Assembly: GCA_045837725.1 (NCBI GenBank)
Contig: JBEWZL010000165.1
Coordinates: 1-43,881, forward strand
DNA: 43,881 nucleotides
Source of the DNA: Vermamoeba vermiformis
Lineage: Eukaryota
Direction of reading: 5' to 3'
Shown here: positions 33,663 through 43,881 of the stretch, piece after piece
How positions within the stretch are numbered: the first letter of the stretch is position 1
How the letters are laid out: every line of letters begins with the position of its first letter
The notes under the pieces: model-generated
Databases searched by the model: none
What the model was told of the DNA's origin: nothing
What the model saw: only the letters and a program-made list of their open reading frames with translations
Made by a program: the position numbers and the translations under genes

Positions 33663-35359
33663 ATGAGAGCTACTCAGTTTAGTACGATAGTAATGATAAT
33701 ATTCCTGTCGCTCGTATCGCTCTCGTGGTGCGTGGACTTGCCATACTGGACTGCGTTGCAAGAACAAAATTATCTGAATTGCACTGCTAGTCTTACTAGC
33801 CAAATTACGCTAGTACAAACAGCTACTGATTCTGCTGGCAGAGTGTGGTTGTTCGGTGGATCAGGTAAAAATTTGTACTGGATCAGGATCTGAAAATAAT
33901 GTTATGAGAATATAGTCAATCAAATCAGCATAAAACTGGTTAAAGAAAATAATAAAATTAATTGCAGAATTATTTGTAAATTTTTCTTACTTTTTTCGTT
34001 ACTTAGATCAGTACTGCACGAGTAGGCCCGCGATGCTTCGCTATTACGATAAAACCATATTAGAATGGACAATGGTATGGGATGAATATAATGTTAGCAA
34101 TCCTGGACCCATCAACCGAGCAGATTCGTCCATGTGGATCGACAAAAATGATAACGTTTGGATCTACGGCGGCAAAACAAAGGATGGCACTTACTTGTGC
34201 GACTTCTGGATGTATAATGTTGTGGAAGGTAACTGGACCGATCATACTCCTATGAATTCTTCTGTGAGGTTTGGCCAAGTTGGAGTCGAATCTAACAGTA
34301 CGTACCCTGGATGTCGCAGAGGTATGGCTGTTTGGTACACAGCTGATGATCATTCGCTATGGATGGCATTTGGTCTCGATTATAACTATCTTACGATTCT
34401 TTCCTTCGTTCCTCCAGCAGTTTGGAAGTACTCGATCGAATCCGGAATGTGGATGTGGTTCTCAGGCCCTGATACTCCTAAAACTAACAATACCAACGCT
34501 GTCGTCGGTGAATTCTCTTTTGATAATACTCCTAGTAGTCGATGGGCTCCCTATTCTGCCATAGATACTGACAATAACGTGTGGTACGTACTGGACCAGA
34601 TCTTCGTTACGCTTTTAACTTTTTGATCCCTAATAATGTTTTCTTATTAGGATATACGGCGGTGAGCAATTGAAGAATTTCATGAACGATTTGTGGGTCT
34701 TCAATCGAACTCTGGGATGGAAGAAGTTAGGCGGGGTTAATTCTTACTTGGACACCGTTCCTGCTAATACTTACGGAAATTCGAGTAAATTTTCCGCTGA
34801 TGCATGGCCTCCAAGAGCGGAATATAATTCAATGACCTATATTCCTGGCGGATTTTTGGCTTTGAGTTTTGGATTCGCGGATTACGCTACAAACGGTGCC
34901 CAAGCGAAAGACGAAGATTGGTATTATGATATTTATACCAATCAATGGGCCAATACCTACAAAGGACCGGGTGTTAATCCTCAACCAGTTACGGATGTGC
35001 TTTACGTACCGGACAATTCAACGAGACCTGGATCTGTTTATTACAGCAGAACGATTTCTCAAGGCATCTTATGGGCTGTTGGTGATAAGTCTCGATCAAT
35101 ATTCGTTAAAGAATTCGATAAGGGCAGTATTTGCGATACAGAACCTTGCAGTCCAGATGCGACTTGTAGCGGATTTACTTGCACTTGTAACGGCGGATAC
35201 GAAGGCCACGGGCATGGTGATAATGGGTGTACCTTGATACCTATTGCTCCTGTTACCCCTCCTGTGACTCCTGCCGCTCCTGTTGCTAAGACGTCTTCTG
35301 GATCTGATCTGGTCATTTTCGCTAGCGTAATTATTTCTGGCTTGCTTATTGCTTTCTAA
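33663..35359 (+). CDS. Secreted/surface kelch-like beta-propeller protein with EGF-like domain, Pro/Thr stalk and C-terminal hydrophobic (GPI-like) tail (3 exons)
   Basis: Signal MRATQFSTIVMIIFLSLVSLSWC. Repeats of PxxR...(W/A)xDxxx(N/R)VW(L/I)(F/Y)GG...D(F/L)W. EGF-like CDTEPCSPDATCSGFTCTCNGGYEGHGHGDNGC, then PIAPVTPPVTPAAPV and terminal LVIFASVIISGLLIAF-stop. Confidence 0.88.
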
Positions 35360-35449
35360 TATAATAAACTGTTTGTCTATTTATTTACACGAAAAATATG
35401 TTAAACTAAAGGATAGAAAGAAGACAAACGCAAAAAGAAAGGAAAAAAC

Positions 35450-38387
35450 TTAGCTGATCAGAACGGATCTGCTACCTGTAACTAGGGCTTTAAATATCGG
35501 GACTGAGACCTATTAAATATACATATATAAGTTATATATAATATATAGATATGAAAATAATTTGGATTTATTGCTAATAAACTAATTGATAGCAATACCT
35601 TCAGGCTCGTCTTCGTCGTCAGAATATTCGTCGATATTTGACTTGCGCTTTCTGTATAACAGAAGTTAGATATATATTATAGCCGGTGTAACCAATATTA
35701 TAAATTCTCTGGTTGTTGAAGCCGGTGTAACGGCTTCGATTGGATGTGCGATCCACACTTTCATTTTGTAATACAGTGTTTTGTTAAACAAAGTAATAGT
35801 ATACTATTATTGTAAAGCACGTTCAAACGTACCTGCAAGCAGCAACAATAAGGCCAAGCAAGAAGAAAGCAATGAACGCCCAGTTAGACCAGTAGAACAC
35901 AACACCAAAGAAGGAGATCTTCAAACCCAAACGACTCCAAATAACGCTCAATTGAGTAGGCACGCAATCGCTCTCTTCAATAGAGTCAAAGTTGCACAAG
36001 GCTGGCTCGGTCATATTTTGCTGCAGATCTACCGTCAGTAGACGAACACAAAACTAACCACGTAACACCTCATCTTATCAAACAAATGTACGCTAATGTA
36101 TTATAATAACTTGATTAGTATTTTAGACTTACCCATTGGAAAGTTTGAGATCCGAAAGTGGTGTAACGAGGGGCGAGAGTGAGGACTTGGAGATTGAGCA
36201 CGAGAATGCTGAGCATCAAAATGACTGAGGCCAACAACAAACCTTGAGGAGGCGTGGCTCGCTTCTTGAAGGTAAACATCTGAATAGTATAGTAATTAAT
36301 ACAAGTGAACTCCATTGGGCACAAACAAGCAGATCCGCATGCAATAAGTGACATCCGGCATGAAATTAATACTCTATAACTAGGCATACCTTAATCCACA
36401 AGAAACGGATGCCCATGTTAGTAATGCCAGACAAAGTAGCAAAGTAGAAGTACAGAATGATGAGAGCCATCAAAGCGTAGTCAATAGGGAAGTACTGTAA
36501 AAACACACCGATTAATACAATCAAATACTAGAAAAAGCAACACAAATAAATTCAATGTATCAAGCTCCTCGGGTACTATCAATATAGGGTTACTTACCTT
36601 GGACAAAATGACCAACAACTCGTCGAGAGGGTTGAAGATTTGAGGGTGAGACAAAATGAAGCCGCACTTGGCACCGCAGTAAGAGTTCAGAATCTTGTCC
36701 AATGAAGTCAAGATGGTTGACACGATGATCAACAGAGTCACGAGCAAGAAGAGAAGACCGAAGATGAATGTAAGAGGACGCAAGCATTGCAAGCATTTGT
36801 AGCAGCAACCTGATCCTTCTACACGGTCTGCTCTACGAGCCAAAGCTCTAATAACAGTATTAGTAACAAGGCCGATAAGTTGACGAGGTACGCCAATTAA
36901 AATCACTTTGCCCGCCAAAAAGTTCGCACCAGATACGTAGATACTCTTGGATCGCCATATCAATAGCAATAAAGGCGCTAAAACAGCCCTTGTGTTATTA
37001 TATATGATCTACTAACCTTTCACGACGCAACAATCTCTCGCGGTCTTGTTGGTCACGCTTGGACTTCTTTTTCTTGTCATCGATAAATCTGACCTTCTCA
37101 CGTGTATCTTCAGCTTCCTCATCGTACTGACGCTTCTCATCCATAAGTCTACGACGGCCTCTAATCATTCCGACAGGGAAGAACGACAAGCCAAATGCCT
37201 ATATTTAGTAAAATAAATGAGAAGTGCTTCGTAGACTCGGATCTAAAAACTCAGAAAATTCAAAGTCTAATGCTTATCATATATTATTAAATATTGCCAT
37301 ATACCGGACCGCTAATATTTAAGTATTAATCGCGAAATATGACTTACGGTGTAGAAGCACCAAGACACGAGACCAATCAAAGACAAGCAAGCAATGGCGA
37401 ATGTAATAGCACCAGCACCGCCTATAGATTGGAATTAGCATAAATAAAGATATTAACAGCATCAATTCAACGTACTGTTTTCAGCGTCGAGCAGTTTGTT
37501 GGCCCATACCCAGAAGGGATCTCCTCCGTTGGGCTTCTCTCCAGGCTTCAAGAACAAACCGACAACGAAGAGAACAATAACAACGACTAATAAGCCAATA
37601 GTATACTATAATTAAGAGGATGAATAAAGAACAGAAAATAGAAAAAGTATGAGTTCGTACCTTGCAGCCGTCGACGATGCGCTTGCCAGTAGTACCTTCA
37701 GGATCATAGGCCTCGTAGAAGAAGTATACGAATGGAATAATGACGAAGCAAGTCGCCAAAATGCCAGCGTAGAAGACTGGATGGAGACGCGAAAATTAGA
37801 AAAATGGGGAAAAGCTATCGATAATAATGATTCCAATTTTAATGTTATGTTACGGTATTAATCACGCTTATAAATGCTCCAATTCTTCATTTTTCTATTT
37901 TTGGTGCAAGATCTGGATTTATGAAAAAACAATAAAGATTGATACTTACTGTAATATAATACTGAAATGACTGAGTTAATATCATCATTCTTCAGTGATA
38001 CGGCATAGATATCCACTGGAATGATCATGACGCAGAGCAAAGTAAGGGTCAAAGCAAAAATGGATACGATCGTGGGGAAAGTTTCTGAGTCATAGCGCGA
38101 GTTGAAATATTTTACAATAATAAAATTCAATAACAACACGCCCTAAGAAAATAAAATAGGATTAATAATTTATATTGGAGTAGAAAATCAAAATTATTAA
38201 TTGAAAGTCGCGATCGAAATTGGTGTAAGTAGCAGAATATTATACTATGGTATGCTATTAGCTTAATTTTATAATTTCTGACGTTAATTTTCGGAGGAAA
38301 AGTTTCTTCCAGCGGTGCTGTGACACATCCAGCGCAATTACTTACCACGACAACCGCGGCGAATATAATCCACGCAAGAGCGATCAT
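35450..38387 (-). CDS. LMBRD1: Lysosomal cobalamin transport escort protein LMBD1 (LMBR1 family), multi-exon
   Basis: TIVSIFALTLTLLCVMIIPVDIY, FVIIPFVYFFYE, YTAFGLSFFPVGMIRG, LTSLDKILNSYCGAKCGFILSHPQIFNPLDELLVILSK-YFPIDY...FATLSGITNMGIRFLWIK, ATPPQGLL...TLAPRYTTFGSQTF. These motifs are characteristic of LMBD1 within the LMBR1 family. The final acceptor has two candidates (stop at 35450 or ~35490). Confidence 0.92.
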
Positions 38388-38612
38388 TGTCGTTCGCTTT
38401 AAAACATTAGTTAAGAACTAGCAGATAAATCAACAAACACGGAAGAAATTGTTTCCGCGTTAAGCCACGATCGTGAGTTAAGTCAAGTTGAGCGTCGACG
38501 GGCTTTATATTTTACTGGCAAAAGAGTTGGTATCACATATGTGTATATAATTGTAAATATTAGCCTCAATTCTTACCAGTACCAACTCTTTGAAGGGAAG
38601 ATTGTGTTCGAG

Positions 38613-40436
38613 ATGGACTTGAAAGAGCTCTCCAGCGTTGCAGACATTTTTCCTTTATTATTACCAGAGAATACTAACTTAACTGCATATAGCGGCTTCA
38701 TTAATATACAAGTAAGATTTTACCACGAATTTTGACATATTTTTTCAATTATTTTTTGTTTAATAACTTCTGAATCCACTCCAAATGTCTGAAAATCTGT
38801 GATTAATATCCCAAACACTAGGGCCATGAATATTTTATGCGAATAGAGCTGCCCAATGCCAAGCAACTAAAAGGCGCGAAACTGTTTACAGATGAAGCGT
38901 TGAATGATTTGATTAAAGGACAAGAACAAGTTATTAAACAAGTATGTTACTACTATTTAAATACTTTTATATTGATTGAATCCATAGCGACTAGAACACT
39001 CAGCGGATCTGCTTTCGTTTATGGTTGAGTTCAAACATCTTCTGGTACGTCCATTTCCATGCCTTCCTTTTGAACAATCACTTTCGCTTTTATATATCCT
39101 TTGTTAAATTGAACCTAAGTATTGACTAGTAGCGATCTGGATCTAATCCGTTTTCAATAGGATCGTCTGTCCAGAGCAAACAAAGTGCAAGCAGTCCCCA
39201 ACACAATATTTTACTCGCGATTAATCGAAGAAATCAACGAGATTGGATGGAGCAACTTAGCTTACATCAACCACGAGTTAAACGCGTTGCACGTAAAGAT
39301 CAGGTACAAAACTAAACTAAGAGCTCAAGATTATCTTTATCAAGCTGCTATTATGGATCAATATTAACTCAGTATGATATGATAGAGATAAAAAGAATAG
39401 AGAGCACGTGGTACAAATAGAAACAGGATCTGACTACCCACTTACCGCTCCAAAGACTACAGCTGATGTACCGAGGCCAATAGAACTCATATGGAATCCT
39501 AAGCAATCCAATTTAATGGACGTAATAGCTCAATATCAAAAAGTAAGTCCTAGGATCTAGTCGATCAAATCTCAATCTAAGCTCTATTCGAGCCCTTTTC
39601 GAAAATAGTGCTCTATCGGTTTAAGCACCTAAACTACTCATAAATTTAACCAATATCGCGTCTAAATATAGCAGCGGCTAATTGCCTCTAGGGAGTTGAT
39701 CCATTCGATGATTTTTGGGAGACCATGGACGACTTGGACAAAAATACTTGCGTCTTAGAACCGGAAAATCCTCGTCGAAGCAATACTATGCGACGAATAG
39801 CTATAGGTACGTTGCTATAATATTTTACTCATTATCTTTGTCGGAGATAAGGCCGCTAAATTTAGCTCATTAATTATTTCAACCCCAAATTAATTAATTG
39901 TAAAGGCAAACATGTATCCATTATGATCGACGTTAATCCTCTCATGACTCGTACGATACCTGAGATTAAGTTCTTGGGATCTGAAACGGCAATTGGCCCA
40001 CTGCGCCAGAGTTTAAATAGCAATATCCATTTATGGTAAGTGCGAAAGATTTTTAGCTCGATACTAAGATACAATCCTAAGCCATTAATTTTAATGATAT
40101 CGAGCAATACTGATACAGATCTTGTACTCCAGGAACACTGCGTTATTTGTACGAGAAAACCTCGAAAAAGTCCTAGGGATCCAGTTTCCTGCGCCTGAAA
40201 AGAGCGCTAAAGAAGAGTTTAGCACTGAATGCGCTATATGCTATTCATATAAGCTCGAAAACAACATTCCTGATAAGATCTGCGACAATCCTAATTGCGC
40301 GCGATTTTTCCATAGCTCTTGTTTGTATCAATGGCTGCATAATCTACGTACAAATAGGCAGTCTTATGATACAGTATTCGGTAATTGTCCTTATTGCGAT
40401 GGTCCTATTAGCGTCAAACGAACCAGTACAACTTAG
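38613..40436 (+). CDS. FANCL: E3 ubiquitin ligase FANCL, multi-exon
   Basis: FPLLLPEN...YSGFI (ELF domain), FYSRLIEEINEIGW, FWETMDDLDKNTCVLEPENPRRSNTMRRIAIG, IPEIKFLGSE, RING ECAICYSY...PDKICDNPNCARFFHSSCLYQWL...FGNCPYCDGPI. Confidence 0.96.
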
Positions 40437-40780
40437 TCTCATGCACGAGATCCAATAAACCTGTAAATACGCGAACAAACTACACTTGTAGAAATCAAGA
40501 ATCTTACTTGACGTATATAGGGTTAGTAATAGATAATTCATGCGAGGTGCGCGAAGCCAGGATGGCTTAGGATCTAACACTCATACTTGTGCCATACCTG
40601 CCTGGTTCTCAACCTTAATTAAGCATCTATCGATATCAGCTTCATTCTGTTGCATAATAGATGATTATTACCCGCTTGGAGTGCTCTCGATGGATGCAAC
40701 GCGTTCCGCTAGCTATCGTGGGTTAATTTCAATTTAAATAAACATTACAAAAACAATGGGGCTGGTGCAACTAACTCCTT

Positions 40781-42134
40781 CTAAAAGTGCGAGCTGAGCA
40801 ATTGCTTAATAGTATCTAATTCGACGTTCGTTGCTCGTCCTTCAGCCTTCGATAACAGCTGTTGGCAAATATCCATCAAGTTCTTATTTTCTTTTTCTTT
40901 AGCTTCAAGAGATTGCTTCAATGCTTGGTTGTTGGCATCAGATCGAACTGCCTTAGCCCTAAGAAGCAGGTTGTTATTACCGATGTTCGCGTACTGGAAA
41001 TTTTGCTCGTCAAAAAAAACTGAAATTTGACCATCAAATCGCTAGCGTAATGACAATACAAGCCTTGTGCTATAAGACCTAATCGGAGCGGCAAATACTT
41101 ACTTGAGTACTGTGGTATCGTTTTGGAACTGTTCTTTTTGTTTGACTAACATATTATGAACCTCGTCGAGTTTCTCTTGTGAATGTTGCTTCAACGCGTT
41201 ATATCTATAATTATTATTATATTAATAGTGTCCTATAATAGACACGAGTATCTCGGCAAGAGTGCGTACTTTGCCTTAGTTTCGGCCAGCTCACGTTGTA
41301 CGGCATTATAGTCAGCAGTAAGCTTCTCAGAATTCTAAAATCGTAATATTTAGCATATGCGTTATAATATTAAGAACATAAGAGGATGTTATCACCTTTC
41401 GCTCGTTCTCCAATAAATATTTGAGCTCGTAAAATTTGAGTTGAATTTCGCCAACACTGTCTTCGTATGCCTTCAAGCGTCTATTCTCGACTTCGAGTTC
41501 ATTAATGCGTTCTTTGTCAGCTGCTTCTTGCAAGCTCTTTTCCTCTACAATATAAATAACATCAGTAAGGAGATCCAGTACTCAACTGTCTAGCAAATCA
41601 GCAATAAATCGACAATTATAGCTACAAACAGCAATTGTATTGATACACGATAAATTATCGATTAAACTCAACTGGACCTATTTAGCAGGTCGATCTGAAA
41701 TGCCCGCGATAAAATTTAAAATGTCAAACGTCGTACCGTGAAGCTTATAAATAGTTTCCAAATATTCTTCGATCACTTCTCTAAATTTTTGCTTGGCAAT
41801 TTGTTCTCGCCTCTCCATCTCCTGAAAATTCAAACCCAAGATCTGGGCTTCTCGCATGGCCTTGAAATTTACAAATTAATACGTCAACATCCCGTTATTT
41901 ATGATTTATCGATGCTAATATTAGAAAGGGTAAAACTGGTAGCAGATGAGTGACAAATATCAGTGCATCTTCGCATACAATTACAAAAACAACAAATAAT
42001 CGGGAAAACTAATGCTAAAAATTATTTCGTATATTCAAATGAATTTTTATTAGCTTAATAATGATTATATTTACCTGATCGAATAATTCTTGTTGCAGGC
42101 TTTCAAAATTGGAGCCCAGTTGATAGCCGTCCAT
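40781..42134 (-). CDS. Small TACC-domain coiled-coil protein (5 exons, ~200 aa)
   Basis: Spliced C-terminus KYNALKQHSQEKLDEV...LKAKAVRSDANNQALKQSLEAKEKENKNLMDICQQLLSK aligns with the TACC domain end (RYQALKxHAEEKL...EQKxKENEELTxICDxLIxK). Start codon at 42134 inferred. Confidence 0.8.
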
Positions 42135-42496
42135 TTAACGATGATATATGCTATATATTATAAATGTACAAAATCCTCACAATGCAAGATTGTGTTTTCC
42201 AGTGAGGAGCAAAAAATCAATGACAACGGCTACTTGTGCGCCGATTTTTTTAAGTTTACCCTGGATGCACTTTGCACCTACTTACTGTCAAATTGACTAC
42301 TTGCTGTAAAACCAGCAGCTTAAGTTTTAAGTATGTACACTTTATTAATTGGATTGCACGATCTACAAAAAGGATTCGGATGCGAAGTTGGTATTGAAGG
42401 CGCAACACTACCGAGCTATATTAATAGTCAATAGCGTAACACTTCGATAACAACCACCGCTAGGCGAGTCCTGTGTTATTAAGAGTTCGAGCAGTT

Positions 42497-43737
42497 TTAA
42501 TCGTGCTTCAACTCAAAGTCCTCCTTTCGGATGCCCTCTTGAGTGATGATGTAAATCTCAGCAAAGTCTCCAGTGTAAATATCTCTTTCAGCAGCCGAGC
42601 TCAAGGCGTCCTTGACGAGTTCAATGGTCTCTTGCAATGTCAAAGTGATGGGTCCGTCGAGCTTTTGGTTTCTACGAGCAACCTTACAATTGAACAGTTA
42701 GTTGACTAATCCAACCGCACATATATATAGCACAATAAGTGTAATTATATAATATGATAGCTAATAGACTTACTTGGTTATCGAGCAAAGGTTGGATTAA
42801 TTCAGCTCCAGATCCGGATGTTGAGTAAGCGACTCTTTCGTAAGAACCGACAGCATCATATGAATATACACATCCCTTGCCTAAGATTGCCAGTTAGAAC
42901 ACCATGCATTATATAAATATTCATTTCAAGTATTATGAAGAACGAGTGTGACACGCACATTCGCCCATTCAAAACGGAAATTTACCTTGTTCGTCGATAC
43001 CCCCCAACACGTTAAAAGTGTAGTAAGGGAAAAATCTCTTATAGTACAAAGTATTGGCGAGCATTTGAGCGATGGCAGGAGTGCTCATTTTCTTGCGGTG
43101 CACGTATTCGTAGCTCTTGATTCTGGTGGCCAATAATTTGTGAAGAGCTTTTTGATCGGCTTGCATACCAGATGTAGCAATAACGGCTTTGTTCGTTCTA
43201 ACGAGGAATTAATAGTTTATTAAACTATAGGGATTGACGCATCTAATTATTATTATTGTCACAAATTTATTAAATTATATTGCATTAGAAAATACTGATT
43301 ATTGTCATATGAGTATACTACGTGTGCATAAATAATATCGCACGAAGAAATTATAGATTTCGAGAGTATGTAAATAAATGAAAAATTTTTAGTCGATGCA
43401 AAATTTTTCGTCATAATCTCCATATTGACATTATTGCAATTATAAAATGACCAAAAAATGGTATATATCTTATAATAATATATTCTTACAATTGGAAAGT
43501 CTTAGGAGCATATCTAGTGTGAATAGCATAGCCAGTGCTCATTCTCGTATCTCCAGCGACAACAGCGAAATTGCTGCCAGCAATTGCCAATACGGTTCTA
43601 ATAATTAATTAACACAATATTATTTTCGATTTTGGTCAATGCTCGCCTTACCCTCCGTTATTAACATAAGCCTCAAATCTGTGTTGTTTGGGATCAGCGG
43701 CAGTATTGATTTGGCCAGGCGCGTTAAGAACTTCCAT
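42497..43737 (-). CDS. PSMB1: 20S proteasome subunit beta type-1 (beta6/Pre7), multi-exon
   Basis: [114 protein letters not shown], ending FELKHD-stop. Confidence 0.97.
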
Positions 43738-43881
43738 GATTGATATTATATGTACGTGAATAGTGAAATTGACTTACAAATTTTTGTCAGGAGGGCAAGT
43801 TGGTATTTTTTTTGACGACCAAAACATTGGTTGAAATTTGGTGGTCAAAGTTTGAAGCTCGCTCCGAGATTTTTGAAAAGA

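Noticed and set aside
40480-40780. Splice-like signals and short ORFs between the FANCL and TACC stops
   Set aside because: No coherent reading frame or recognisable product could be assembled; probably overlapping 3' UTRs.
19134-43737. Apparent ubiquitin-proteasome cluster (two F-box genes, FANCL, PSMB1)
   Set aside because: These are common, functionally unconnected genes interspersed with unrelated ones, so chance co-occurrence is a sufficient explanation.
1-43881. CRISPR arrays, tRNA/rRNA genes, transposase or reverse transcriptase ORFs, bacterial contamination
   Set aside because: None seen. The bacterial-like genes all carry spliceosomal introns and sit among core eukaryotic genes, so they are not contaminant sequence.

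Overview
Gene-dense eukaryotic nuclear DNA (standard code, short AT-rich spliceosomal introns, AATAAA after several stops). Gene content and style suggest a free-living protist, probably an amoebozoan; this is an inference. I can reconstruct 18 protein-coding genes, in order: receptor tyrosine-kinase-like protein, triple-repeat unknown protein, intronless multipass membrane protein, eIF2D, topoisomerase II, ATG101, TAF12, a PH/Zn-finger/SPRY/F-box protein, a membrane-anchored thermolysin-family (M4) protease, a fasciclin protein, a TPR protein, an F-box protein, an ABCD4-like transporter, a secreted kelch/EGF protein, an LMBD1 (LMBRD1) orthologue, FANCL, a minimal TACC protein and proteasome subunit PSMB1. 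The most striking observation is that ABCD4 and LMBD1, the two partners of the lysosomal vitamin B12 export complex, lie about 2.5 kb apart on the same strand and bracket a surface beta-propeller gene, a candidate eukaryotic cobalamin-uptake gene cluster. Other points: several bacterial-type modules in intron-containing genes, a pervasive intronic RGATCY motif often in 6-bp tandem form, and four GC-AG introns. Exon boundaries were read by eye and family calls come from recalled motifs, not database searches.
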